A stretch of 64,000 nucleotides of DNA from Longimicrobiales bacterium (GTDB lineage Bacteria > Gemmatimonadota > Gemmatimonadetes > Longimicrobiales > Gaopeijiaceae): assembly GCA_965226375.1 (NCBI GenBank), contig CBDDCX010000008.1:192001-256000 (forward strand). The letters are read 5' to 3'. Numbering within the stretch: position 1 is the stretch's first letter; each line of letters opens with the position of its first letter. The translations under genes were made by a program, and so were the position numbers. Shown piece by piece: positions 9,788 to 19,802 of the stretch. Under the pieces are notes generated by a model. That model made no database searches and was not told where the DNA came from. It was given only the letters and a program-made list of their open reading frames with translations.

Positions 9788-10473
9788 AAGCGCGGCTTCT
9801 TCCCGGCCAGCACCTCGATGAGCCGGGCAACCCGGTCTCTGATGGCTGGTCCGTCGGCATGTTCGGCCAGGAGCACGGCGTAGGCGGAGAGTTCTGCAAG
9901 CTCCATTCGGTGGAGGGCCGATTCGACGGTTGGCCCCACGGTCACTGCGCCGTGGTTCCGAAGCAGCAGCACGCCGGTTCCGACTCGTTCAGGGTCCGCG
10001 GCGTTGGGTGCGACCGCCGACCGCCGTTCTGCCCGGCCTTCTCCCGCCACTGCGTATCCAACCGCCCTCCCCAGCTCCTGACTACCACTGGGCAGAAGCT
10101 CGATCGTGGCCCAGGCACCGGTTGCCAGCTCCAACTCGGGAAGGTGCTCCACGATTCGCAGGTCCTTCAACCCCGCGGCGATCAGCGCCGGAGCGTGAGC
10201 GTGGATGACCGCCCCGGTCGATGGGTTGGCCGCGTAGCAGGCGCGATGCATAGGTAACTCGCTCGAGGCGCCGTCGCTCGGGTCCTGACTGCCGCTTGCC
10301 ACGACCACCAGATCCGACGCAGCGAGCTTTCCTTTGTGAGTGCCCGCCCGCGTGACAAGGATTCCGCCTTCCACCAGGCGGGCAGAGAGGTTGCCTGCCA
10401 CTCCAGCGATCAGGCCTTGCCGGTAGAGCTCCTGCCCGGCTCGACAGAGTTGGTCCTCCAGGTCGTCCATCAT
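9784..10473 (-). CDS. Class II aldolase/adducin family protein
   Basis: GNLSAR, SSELPMH, HAH, LRNHGAV Zn motifs; start overlaps mtnA stop. Confidence 0.88.
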   Translation of the reverse strand: MMDDLEDQLCRAGQELYRQGLIAGVAGNLSARLVEGGILVTRAGTHKGKLAASDLVVVASGSQDPSDGASSELPMHRACYAANPSTGAVIHAHAPALIAAGLKDLRIVEHLPELELATGAWATIELLPSGSQELGRAVGYAVAGEGRAERRSAVAPNAADPERVGTGVLLLRNHGAVTVGPTVESALHRMELAELSAYAVLLAEHADGPAIRDRVARLIEVLAGKKPRF

Positions 10474-11597
10474 GCCTCCGGCTCCCCGTCCGCCTCATGC
10501 CCGCCACCCTGGTCGGCTTTGGATTTTCGGACGGCCTCGGCCAACGCCTCTCCCAGCGGGTGTGTGTGCACTCCCTGCTCCGTCACAATACCGGAGACCA
10601 GGCTCGCGGGTGTCACGTCGAAGGCGGGGCTCCACACCCGCACGCCGGCAGGGGCGGTCCGGAACCCGAAGCCCTCGGCGACCTCGTCCGCTCCCCTGAA
10701 CTCGATGGGGATGTCCACGCCGGAAGGGGTGGCCAGATCCACGGTGGACGTCGGTGCGAGCACGTAGAAAGGGACTCCGTGATGGTGGGCAAGGATGGCC
10801 AGGCCGTACGTCCCCACCTTGTTGGCGACATCGCCGTTGGCGGCGATCCGGTCGGCTCCTACGAAGACGATGTCGGGCGGCGAGTCGAGGAAGAGCGCTC
10901 CGGCCATGTTGTCCGTGATGATCGTCACGTCGATTCCGGAGCGGTTCAGTTCCCACGCCGTGAGCCTACTGCCCTGCAGGAGCGGACGTGTCTCGCTCGA
11001 AAACACCCGGACCGCACGGCCGTCTTCTCTGGCCAGGTAGAGGGGTGCCAGTGCAGTGCCGATCCCACCGGTCGCCAGGGCACCGGCGTTGCAGTGTGTG
11101 AGGACGGAGGTCCCGTCATCGACCAGGGGAAGTGCGTGCTCTCCGATCTGCCGGCACATGACCCGATCCTGGTCCAGGATGCGGCCGGCCTCTTCGCGGA
11201 GGGCACGGGCCAGCTCCGCGGTATCGCTCCACTGGCGGCCGAGCGCCAGCGAGCTCATGCGCTCCAGAGCCCACCCGAGGTTGACGGCCGTGGGACGGAC
11301 CTGGGCTAGTTGACGACACCATTCCGTCACCTCTGCAACGGTCCCCCCACCTTCTGCGGTCCGCGCGGTGGCGAGCGCGGCTACGCCCATCGCCGCAGTG
11401 ATCCCGATGAGAGGGGCTCCCCGTACCCGCAGGCTCATGATGGCTTCGCGCAGATCCTCGAGGGTGCGGAGTTCTCTGTAGACCTCTTCCACTGGAAGCT
11501 CGGTCTGATCGAGGACAACAAGCCCCGCACCGTCGTCCGCCCATCGGACCGTAACAGGCGGTCCCGGGGAATCGTCCATGTGTACGCGCGCGTTCAT
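10470..11597 (-). CDS. mtnA: S-methyl-5-thioribose-1-phosphate isomerase (start approximate)
   Basis: LDQT, VRGAPLIG, RPTAVNL, THCNAG, ETRPLLQG, GADRI, NKVGTY, FDVTP. Confidence 0.95.
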   Translation of the reverse strand: MNARVHMDDSPGPPVTVRWADDGAGLVVLDQTELPVEEVYRELRTLEDLREAIMSLRVRGAPLIGITAAMGVAALATARTAEGGGTVAEVTEWCRQLAQVRPTAVNLGWALERMSSLALGRQWSDTAELARALREEAGRILDQDRVMCRQIGEHALPLVDDGTSVLTHCNAGALATGGIGTALAPLYLAREDGRAVRVFSSETRPLLQGSRLTAWELNRSGIDVTIITDNMAGALFLDSPPDIVFVGADRIAANGDVANKVGTYGLAILAHHHGVPFYVLAPTSTVDLATPSGVDIPIEFRGADEVAEGFGFRTAPAGVRVWSPAFDVTPASLVSGIVTEQGVHTHPLGEALAEAVRKSKADQGGGHEADGEPEA

Positions 11598-11776
11598 CGT
11601 GGGCAAGATACCGTGGCTCGTGCGGGGCGCGACGGTTGGCCGTCCGCGACCCGTCCCTTCCGAAACCGCATCCTTGCGGTTCTCGTCGTGGATGGTGTAC
11701 CGGTGGCCATCGATGCCACCGACGTAGCCCGCTACTATCTGGGTGATCGGGACCCGCAAGTCGTGCCGGAGTAGCC

Positions 11777-12136
11777 GTGAGAAACTTCGCGATCCGCCTC
11801 ATCATCAATGCCTTCGCCCTGACGGGCGCGGCCTACTTCGTCCGTGGTATCGACCTGACCGGGGGGTATCTGGATGTGCTGTTGGTGGCCCTCGTTTTCG
11901 GGCTCGTGAACGCTCTGGTCAAGCCCATCGTCTTCTTCTTCTCACTGCCGTTTCTCTTTTTCACCCTGGGACTCTTCTATCTGGTGATCAACGGCGCGAT
12001 GCTGCTCCTCACGGCCGAGTTGGTGGACAATTTTGCCGTTGAGGGAATCTGGCCGGCGGTAGCGGGGAGCGTGGTCATCTCGATCATATCGATGCTGCTT
12101 TCGGTTCTTCTGAAGGACGAAGAGAAGAAGAAGTGA
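11777..12136 (+). CDS. YvlD-like 4-TM membrane protein (holin superfamily IV)
   Basis: GLVNALVKP...TLGLF.LVIN motif. Confidence 0.88.
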   Translation: MRNFAIRLIINAFALTGAAYFVRGIDLTGGYLDVLLVALVFGLVNALVKPIVFFFSLPFLFFTLGLFYLVINGAMLLLTAELVDNFAVEGIWPAVAGSVVISIISMLLSVLLKDEEKKK

Positions 12137-13049
12137 TCGCCCACTCGGCGCCCACCACCGTCATGACTCCCGCCACCAATCCGTAGGCCACACCGAGCAG
12201 CACGTCGATCAGGTAGTGGTGGTTCAGATACACGGCCGCGAAGCACATGATTGCCAGGAAGACCAACGTGAGGGTGCGGAAGGCGCCGAGCCTGAAGGCG
12301 AAGAAGACCGAGAGTGTAGGGTACGATACGTGCAGCGACGGGATGGCCCCGAACGAGTTCGCCCCGTAGCCGTACATGCGGGTAAAGAAGGCCGTCCCAA
12401 ACAGGTCGTCGAACCGACCAGCTCGGCCGAGGTTCCCCGGGACGTCCAGAAGCACCGTCTCCAGGCCGTGGGCTTCTACATACCACGGGGGAGCGGCCGG
12501 ATAGAGATACCAGGTGGCGTACCCCACGATGTTGACCACCAGAAAGCACCACACGAGGCTTTGGGCCGTCCAGAAGCGGCGCTCCACGCTCCAATCGGCG
12601 CTCGTGCCCCCAGCTTGCACATGGCCCCTATAGATCCGCCTGGTCAGAAGCAGAGCGACCAGCATGAACACCTCGATGAACGTCAGGTACGCGCCACCCG
12701 CGATCAGATCCAGGACCGGATGAAGGTGAAGTCCCAGCCACTCGTTGGGAGTGAGGGGCCCGGTGGGAGAGGGAATGCCGAACAGGCTCCTCTCGAGTAG
12801 GTAGGGCCCCGCGATGTCCGGGGTGCCCCTGAAGCCCCCCCAATACCTCTGACCGTCGTAGACGATTCCGGTGAGAATGAAGGGTAGAACGAAGAGCAGA
12901 GCCTGTCGCCCGCGAGACCCGAGGTGAGACAAGAGGAGCACGACGCCACCGAACAGGAGGTGGTCGAGCTTGATCACTCCCGCCAGCGTGGCCAGAAGAA
13001 ACCAGTAGAGGCCTACCAGAACCCACGGCAGGATTCTTCCCCTCGTCAC
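12084..13049 (-). CDS. PAP2-superfamily, AUR1/inositol-phosphorylceramide synthase-like membrane enzyme
   Basis: PAAPPWY, FGAIPSLH, HHYLID motifs. Confidence 0.8.
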   Translation of the reverse strand: MTRGRILPWVLVGLYWFLLATLAGVIKLDHLLFGGVVLLLSHLGSRGRQALLFVLPFILTGIVYDGQRYWGGFRGTPDIAGPYLLERSLFGIPSPTGPLTPNEWLGLHLHPVLDLIAGGAYLTFIEVFMLVALLLTRRIYRGHVQAGGTSADWSVERRFWTAQSLVWCFLVVNIVGYATWYLYPAAPPWYVEAHGLETVLLDVPGNLGRAGRFDDLFGTAFFTRMYGYGANSFGAIPSLHVSYPTLSVFFAFRLGAFRTLTLVFLAIMCFAAVYLNHHYLIDVLLGVAYGLVAGVMTVVGAEWAITSSSLRPSEEPKAASI

Positions 13050-15945
13050 GCCCCGCAGGTCCGGGTCACGTAGTCTTCCGATAGCACGCGATCCATCACC
13101 TCCACGACGCGGTCTGCATTACTTCTCCCACCGCCGGGCGTCTCCCCATGAGGGCGCGAAGCCCGTTCCCTAGGTGGTCGCCGACGCGGTGGGCGTGCTC
13201 CTGTAGACCCTCGTCCTCGATTACGTCGAGTACCGCCAGGCCGGCTGCACACGAGACGGGATTACCGCCGAAGCTGTTGAAGTACTCCATTCCGTTCGCG
13301 AAGCTCTCGGCGATCTCGGGCGTCGTGACCACGGCGCCCAATGGGTGCCCGTTTCCGATGGGTTTGCCCATGGTAACGATGTCGGGAACGACGCCCTGGG
13401 TCTCGAAGCCCCAGAAGTGGCTTCCCACTCGGCCGAAGCCGACCTGCACCTCGTCACAGATGCAAACGCCGCCGTCCCCCCGCACCAGGGCGTAGGCCGC
13501 CTCGAGGTAGCCCGGGGGGAGCTCGATTTGCCCTCCGCAGCTCATCAGGCTCTCGCAGATGAACGCGGCGGGGCCGAACGATCTGCGCTGACACTCTGCG
13601 ATGGCCTCTACAATCAGGTCCGCGAAGCGCTGGCCTCGATGCGGGTCGCTCCGTCGGAACCGCCCGCGATAGTCGTCGGGCATGGCCACCGCATGGACAT
13701 GGGGGGCGGCGCCCTCTCCACCTGGTCCCTCGAATTTGTACGGGCTTGCCGCTACCGTGGCTGCCGTATTCCCGTGGTACGCACCCTCCACCACAATGAA
13801 ATCGTCACGGTTCGTATGGGCATGAGCGAGCCGAAACGCCAACTCGTTCGCCTCGCTTCCAGAGTTCACCAGGAAACAGACGGAGAGCGGGTCGGGCAAG
13901 GTGGCCGTCAGACGCTCGCAATAGCGTCCGATGAGCTCGTGCAGGTACCGGGTGTTCGTGTTGAGGACGCCCATCTGCCTTCGGGCGGCCTCTACGACCC
14001 GAGGATGACAGTGCCCCACGTGACAGATGTTGTTCACGCCGTCGAGGTACGCTTGCCCCTCCGCGTCGAAGAGGTGTTGCTTCCACCCTCGGACGATATG
14101 AAGGGGTTCGCTGTACGAAAGGCTAAGGGAGGGCCCCAGATACTCCCGACGGAGATCCTTGATCTCTTCGGGGCGAGTCGTGGGAGCGAAGACCGAACCC
14201 TCGGGCAGGCCCAACAGGACGCCCGGGTCGGGGGAGAGGCTCAGCCAAACGTGCTGCTGGCTGGGAAGGGCCACCCCCGGAAAGGTGCCTTCTTCGTCCA
14301 GCAGGTCGGTGATCAACTGGAAGTGGAGATGCGGCGGCCAATCTCCGTTCTCCGGAAAGTCGCCGAGCCGGGCGATCTCCTGACCGCGTGTCAGGTGACT
14401 CCCGACCTCCAGGTTGTCCAGGGACTCTGCGCTCAGATGCCCGTACAGAGTGTAGAAGGTCGGCCCGTCGTTTGGTGAGTGAGCGAGGATGATCGTGGGC
14501 CCGTAGTCGAGCCGTTCGGAGTTGTTTTTCAGGCCCTGGACGTGCCCATCGAGGGGAGCGAGAACAGGGCTTCCAGCGGGGAGGAAGAGGTCGATGGCGG
14601 TGTGAACGGTCCGTCGTTCCGGGAATTCCCCGGCGGCCTGCCTGTAGTTGTCCGAGGCGTACCACATACGGGGCTCGGCGTATCGACCGACGCCCACCGG
14701 GGCCTCCTCCTCTTCCAGACGGCGCACGAGGTGCATGGCGAACGTGGCCGGGTCGAGGACCTGATCGAGGTCGTCGATCTCGAAGCTGGCCGCGCTGAGG
14801 TCGAATACGAAGGCATCGTCCAGATTCTCTCCGACCACGGGCCCCATCTCTTCCCGGTGCGCCCCGATCCAGTCGGTCACTGCGTGGTGTCGGGGGCATG
14901 GCTCGAGTCCACAGGCGCCTCTGAACAGGTTACGGGCCAGGCGCGGGTGGACGGAGGCCAATCGGCTCAACGCTTCCCAGGCCGGAGCCTCGCTGATGGT
15001 CAGGTAGCCGTCCCCCGAATCATCTCCGCCCTCTGAGGCGGAGACACTGACGGTCACACCGAGGCGAGCCTGAACCAGGGGAAAGAGAATCTCCAATTCC
15101 GCCTCGTCGAGCGGACGTGCGCGATGGTATCCGCGCACCACAGAGATCATCGCAGCCGTGGGGTCGGGCCCGTCCATGAGTGCGTAGGCCGCGCCGATCG
15201 CGAGATCACAGACGGTGGCGCTCTCGAGCACGTCCCCGAAGTCCAGGAGTCCGACCACCTCACGCCCCTCGGCGGCGGGGGGGCCGACCAGGACGTTGTA
15301 ATCGTTGGCGTCATTGTGGATCACGCCACGCGGAACGTCGGACAGGACTGGCGTTACGACCCGCTCGAACGCGCGCCCCACAGCCTCGACCTGCGCCCGG
15401 CGGTGCTTGTCTGCGATATGTGAAACGCCTGCGGCCATGACGTCGGGGGCACGGGTGAGATCCCACCGGTAGCCCGGTCGTACGGCGGCCGGGTGGTCGA
15501 AGCCCGAGAGCACGGCGTCGAGCCGTCCGATCGCCTCACCCAAGGACTCCAGCAGAGCGGGGGTTCGGGGCCGGACCGTTCCGAGCACCTCGCCCTTCAC
15601 GTAGGTGAGGAGCCGCACCCAGTGGCTGTCTCCGTCCTGGCCGGGGGCGGAGAGTCCACGGTCCCCCGTCTTGGTCGGTACCGTACGGGGAAGCTCGATG
15701 CCGATATCGCGGTCGGCGAGGAAGGCCAGGGTGTCGCTCTGGAGATCCAACACCGCCATGGGCTCGTCGGCGTTGGCAATCTTCAGGATAAACCGGTCGC
15801 CTCCGTCGGAGACCACACGGAAGTTCTGATCACGCCAGCTGGGAAGTGACTCGACGTCGCCAACGATCCCGTAGTGAGACCCGAGGAGCTCGAGAGCTTG
15901 CGCCTTGCTGAGGCGCGGACGTTGACCCTTCTGTGGCTTGCTCAC
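13046..15945 (-). pseudogene. APH-like kinase + M23-like + class III aminotransferase fusion (hydroxylysine kinase/phospho-lyase type) with a 3' internal deletion
   Basis: [54 protein letters not shown]; frame diverges after AVGEV (~13120), last helix in ORF ending 13046. Confidence 0.8.
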
Positions 15946-16048
15946 GGTCGCAACGTACCGGGGTACGGGCGGCTTTGCTATGCGGGCGGTTGTAGCTCCC
16001 GGGGCTCCCCGGAAGGCTCTTGGATGACCCGATCTGGGCGGGAAAGAC

Positions 16049-16417
16049 TCAGGCCGGGGAAGGCCAGGGGTTCGGATCGGGTCGGACGCCCTTGCGAGGC
16101 GGCGCCTCGAGATTGGCCATGCGCTCCATGAACGCTCGCTCGTCCCGGGTAAGCGTGTCTACGCCGGCACCGTCGATCTGGCCGAGCAGGCGTTCCACGT
16201 ATTCGCGGTTCACCTCATGGAGACGCTCGAGCGAGATGCGGCGCCACCACTCCTCGTCCTCCTGGTCGCGGACGCCCTTGGACGCGTAGTACGAGTTGGG
16301 GCGCTCTACCACGCGCTGGGCAGCGATCAACTTTTTCCTGCGGCTCAGCCATGCCCTCCGGAGGCCGAAGCCTCCGAGAACAACAGCCAGAATCAAAGTC
16401 GGCAACCAAGTAAGCAT
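16049..16417 (-). CDS. Membrane-anchored protein with DUF6576-like C-terminal helical motif
   Basis: N-terminal TM; VERLLGQIDGAGVDTLTRDERAFM. Confidence 0.65.
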   Translation of the reverse strand: MLTWLPTLILAVVLGGFGLRRAWLSRRKKLIAAQRVVERPNSYYASKGVRDQEDEEWWRRISLERLHEVNREYVERLLGQIDGAGVDTLTRDERAFMERMANLEAPPRKGVRPDPNPWPSPA

Positions 16418-16628
16418 GTCATCCACCACCCGACGGGCTCTAACAACCTCTCTACATACTGTTCGACGCCTTATGTGTTCCGAGGGTTGCGAGCGTCCCA
16501 GTGATTCTAATACGCGCGGGCCCCACCGAAAGGTTTCATCGTGCCGCGTGGGCGAGCCAGAAGGGGTTCGTTCCCGGATCGGCCGGCGGGTCGCGGCGCT
16601 TCGGGGCGCGCAGCCGGCGACTGTACGC

Positions 16629-16642
16629 CATACGATCGTATG
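16629..16642. promoter_or_regulatory. Candidate upstream TetR operator
   Basis: Perfect palindrome CATACGATCGTATG, same core as the site at 16710-16727. Confidence 0.55.
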
Positions 16643-16682
16643 ATCCGTGATCCGTCCCATACGTGTAGTAAGACGTTTTTTA

Positions 16683-16727
16683 TTGCCATTTTCTCACGAG
16701 CACATTAGGTTCATACGAACGTTTGAA
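16683..16727 (+). promoter_or_regulatory. Sigma70-type promoter with overlapping TetR operator
   Basis: TTGCCA-17bp-TAGGTT; TTCATACG-AA-CGTTTGAA at 16710-16727. Confidence 0.65.
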
Positions 16728-16744
16728 TTACTCTGAGGAATGAC

Positions 16745-17359
16745 ATGAACTCACCTTCGCGGAACACAGACACCTCGGACCGTCTACGGACCGCCGGGCG
16801 CCGGATCTTCGCACGCCAGGGATACGAAGGCGCCTCCGTGCGCACGATCACACGCGAGGCTCGGGCCAACCTGGGGGCGGTGACCTACCACTTCGGGAGT
16901 AAGGAAGGCCTGTATGAGGCGGTCGTGGAAGGTGCGCTCGCTCCGTTGAGGCAGCGAGTTACCGAGGCCGCCTCGGTGCCGGGTCCGCCGCTCGAGAGGA
17001 TCGAAGGAGTGGTTCGAGCCTTTTTCGCCCACCTGAGCGAGAATCCGGACATGCCTCACTTCATGCTCCAGCAGGTCACTTCTGGAGTCGAGCCCATCGA
17101 GCCGGTCCAGCAGACCATGCAGCACGTTATCGGCACGCTCTCGACCCTTCTTCTCGAGGGCCAGAAGGACGGCAGCGTCCTTGAGTCGGACCTGTTGCCC
17201 ACGGTCGTCGGAATCATCGCGCTTCCCGTCCACCTGACCCTGGTGGGCCAACTGCTGTCCCGCGTGGGCCGCCTTCCCGATGGGGTCTCTGCAGACCGGG
17301 CAGAGGAGCATGCCGTACAGTTCGTAACACGGGCGCTCAGCGCCGAGGAGGTTGAATGA
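16745..17359 (+). CDS. TetR-family regulator (CecR/YbiH-like)
   Basis: FARQGYEGASVRTI..VTYHFGSKEGLY HTH. Confidence 0.92.
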   Translation: MNSPSRNTDTSDRLRTAGRRIFARQGYEGASVRTITREARANLGAVTYHFGSKEGLYEAVVEGALAPLRQRVTEAASVPGPPLERIEGVVRAFFAHLSENPDMPHFMLQQVTSGVEPIEPVQQTMQHVIGTLSTLLLEGQKDGSVLESDLLPTVVGIIALPVHLTLVGQLLSRVGRLPDGVSADRAEEHAVQFVTRALSAEEVE

Positions 17360-18795
17360 ACTCGGACGATAGGGTGACTCGAGGCGCCAGCTGTTCCGGC
17401 GCCGACAGAGCCGACTCGTTAGGTCGCCGGAACGCTCTGGTCGGTCTCGTCTGCCTCGTCGTCCTGGCTTCGGCGATGTCGGCGCAGAGTGCGGCGGCCC
17501 AGGCGGTGGATCGTGCATCCTCCGGAGCCCCGCTGACTTTCGCTGTAGCCGTGGCGATGACGTTGGAGAGCCATCCATTCCTGCTGGGCGGAGTGGCCCG
17601 CCAAAGAGCCGCCCAAGAGGCCCACAGAGTCAGTACGGGAGAGCGCTTCCCGTCACTGAGCGTACTAGGAACGGCGACGCAGTTCGAGGAACCGATGCTC
17701 GTCTCACCGATTCATGGCTTCGAACCCGACCTGATCCCGCCCTTTGACGAGACGCTCTTCCGGGTCGGAGCCGCGCTCGGATACACCGTCTATGATGGCG
17801 GAGCGAGGGGCGCCCGGATCTCGGCGTCTGCCGCCCGGGCCACGTCCGCCCAGTCGGATCTCCGAGCGGCTCGCCAGGACCTCATCGGCCAGGTAGCGAT
17901 GAGCTACCTCGGTGTGCTCCTGGCTCGAGATCAGCTGGAGGCCCATGACCAGCGTATCGCCGCGTTACAGTCGGAGCTGGACCGGGTCCAGGATCTCTTG
18001 GCCGTGGGCCGGGCTCCTCGGGTGGAGGTCCTGCGTGCGGAAGCGGCCCTGGCCGACGCCCGCGCCGACCGGATCCGGACGACCACCATGCGACGCGTGA
18101 CCGAGGGCGAGCTGGGCCGGTTGGCGGGTCTGCCGGATGGCTCGCTCGACGGGCGTCCGTTGCGGGAGGTCACTCTCAGGAAAGGCCCCGAACTAGACCG
18201 GAATCGATTGTTCTCGGCATCCGTGGCAGCCAACCCGAGTGTGCAGCGCGCCAGGGACGAACTCACATCCTCAGAGGCCGCGGTTGATGTCGCCCGCGGT
18301 GCCCGCAGGCCCAATGTGGACCTTCAGGCGGCCTTCGTGGACCAGGGAAGCCTGGAAGGGAACTTCACCGCCGAGTGGAACGTCGGCCTCGCCGTCTCCC
18401 TGCCCGTCTTTACCGGGGGACGCCTTCGACATGGCGTTTCCCGCGCGGAGGCGCTTCGTGAAGCCTCGAGAGAAGGAGTGCGTCTCGCCGAGATGAGGGC
18501 GGCCGCAGGAGTCGACATGGCACTGGCAGCGTGGGAAGAGGCCGAGGCGCGGACCGTGAGCCTTCGGGTCGCGGTGGATCGCTCCACCGAGGTGGCTCGT
18601 ATCGAGCGACTCCGGCTCGACGCCGGCGCGGGTGTTCAGGCGGACTATCTACAGGCCGAAGCGGCGCTTCTCTCACTCAGAGTGGCGCTGAGTGAAGCGG
18701 AGCACGGGGCCGTGCTCGCACGGATCAGACTCGCCGAAGCTGTGGGTGAGCTAGACGAGAGCTGGCTGGCACAGAACCTGGGAGAAGTATCATGA
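17356..18795 (+). CDS. TolC-family outer membrane efflux protein
   Basis: Signal region; two OEP repeats (YDGG, FTGG). Confidence 0.88.
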   Translation: MNSDDRVTRGASCSGADRADSLGRRNALVGLVCLVVLASAMSAQSAAAQAVDRASSGAPLTFAVAVAMTLESHPFLLGGVARQRAAQEAHRVSTGERFPSLSVLGTATQFEEPMLVSPIHGFEPDLIPPFDETLFRVGAALGYTVYDGGARGARISASAARATSAQSDLRAARQDLIGQVAMSYLGVLLARDQLEAHDQRIAALQSELDRVQDLLAVGRAPRVEVLRAEAALADARADRIRTTTMRRVTEGELGRLAGLPDGSLDGRPLREVTLRKGPELDRNRLFSASVAANPSVQRARDELTSSEAAVDVARGARRPNVDLQAAFVDQGSLEGNFTAEWNVGLAVSLPVFTGGRLRHGVSRAEALREASREGVRLAEMRAAAGVDMALAAWEEAEARTVSLRVAVDRSTEVARIERLRLDAGAGVQADYLQAEAALLSLRVALSEAEHGAVLARIRLAEAVGELDESWLAQNLGEVS

Positions 18796-19802
18796 GTGGA
18801 CGTCGACCCCCACGACCTGTCCTGGTGGTGATCGTGTTGGCCGTGGCAAGCGGCATACTGTGGTTCGGATTCCTGAGAGAGGGCGAGACCGGAGGTGGGA
18901 TGACCGCGTCCGGTACGGTGGAGGCCACCGAGGGCCAGCTCGCGTTCCAGGCGTCGGGCCGGATCCTGGAGATCAGTGCCCGGGAGGGCGATCGAGTCTC
19001 GGCCGGCCAGCAGTTGGCCAGTCTCGACCTGTCCGAACTCGACGCCCGCCGTGCTCAACTCGTGGCCCAGCTCGCGGTGGCGCGAGCCGGATTGGCAGAG
19101 CTCCAGAGCGGGTTCCGCGAGGAGGAGGTGGCCCAGGGGCGTGCAGGTCTCCGGGCGGCCGAGGCGCAGGTCGGAGACGCCGAGCGCGACTTCGAGCGTG
19201 CCCGGCTCCTGCATGACGGTGGTGCGGTGAGCGAGGAGGCACTGGAGAAGAGCGAACTCGCTCTGAGTCTTGCTCGCATCAGGGCCGACGAACGGGGAGA
19301 GGCAGTTCGGCTGCTCGAGTCGGGACCACGTCCGGAGAGGGTGGATGCCCAGGCCGCCCAGGTTGCGGCGGCGGAAGCCGGAATCCAGATCATGGACGCG
19401 ACGCTGTCCTTCGCGACCATCAGGGCCCCCTTCGACGGTGTGGTGACCGTCAGGCACAGGGAGCCGGGTGAGACGGCCCCGCCGGGCGCGCCCGTGCTCA
19501 CCCTCATGAATCCCGACGATCGCTGGGTCCGGATCTATGTGCAGGAGGATCGGATCGGAAGGGTCCTACTGGGACAGACGGCCACCATCACCTCTGACAG
19601 CTATCCCGATCGCACCTATGAGGGGCGAGTGACCTTTATCGGCTCCGAGGCGGAGTTCACTCCCAAGAACGTACAGACGCCCGAGGAGCGGGTGAAGTTG
19701 GTCTATGCGGTGAAGATCCAGGTGGTGGGGGACGCGTCCTTCGAGCTCAAGCCGGGCATGCCCGCCGACGTTGAGCTCGACGACGGAGGCGCGACTCCGT
19801 GA
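18792..19802 (+). CDS. HlyD/YbhG-type periplasmic adaptor
   Basis: SGTVEA, IRAPFDGVV, AEFTPKNVQT, LKPGMPAD. Confidence 0.92.
   Translation: MSGRRPPRPVLVVIVLAVASGILWFGFLREGETGGGMTASGTVEATEGQLAFQASGRILEISAREGDRVSAGQQLASLDLSELDARRAQLVAQLAVARAGLAELQSGFREEEVAQGRAGLRAAEAQVGDAERDFERARLLHDGGAVSEEALEKSELALSLARIRADERGEAVRLLESGPRPERVDAQAAQVAAAEAGIQIMDATLSFATIRAPFDGVVTVRHREPGETAPPGAPVLTLMNPDDRWVRIYVQEDRIGRVLLGQTATITSDSYPDRTYEGRVTFIGSEAEFTPKNVQTPEERVKLVYAVKIQVVGDASFELKPGMPADVELDDGGATP

Noticed and set aside
11777..12136. Holin-family gene as a prophage marker
   Set aside because: YvlD-type proteins are common chromosomal genes; no phage genes nearby.
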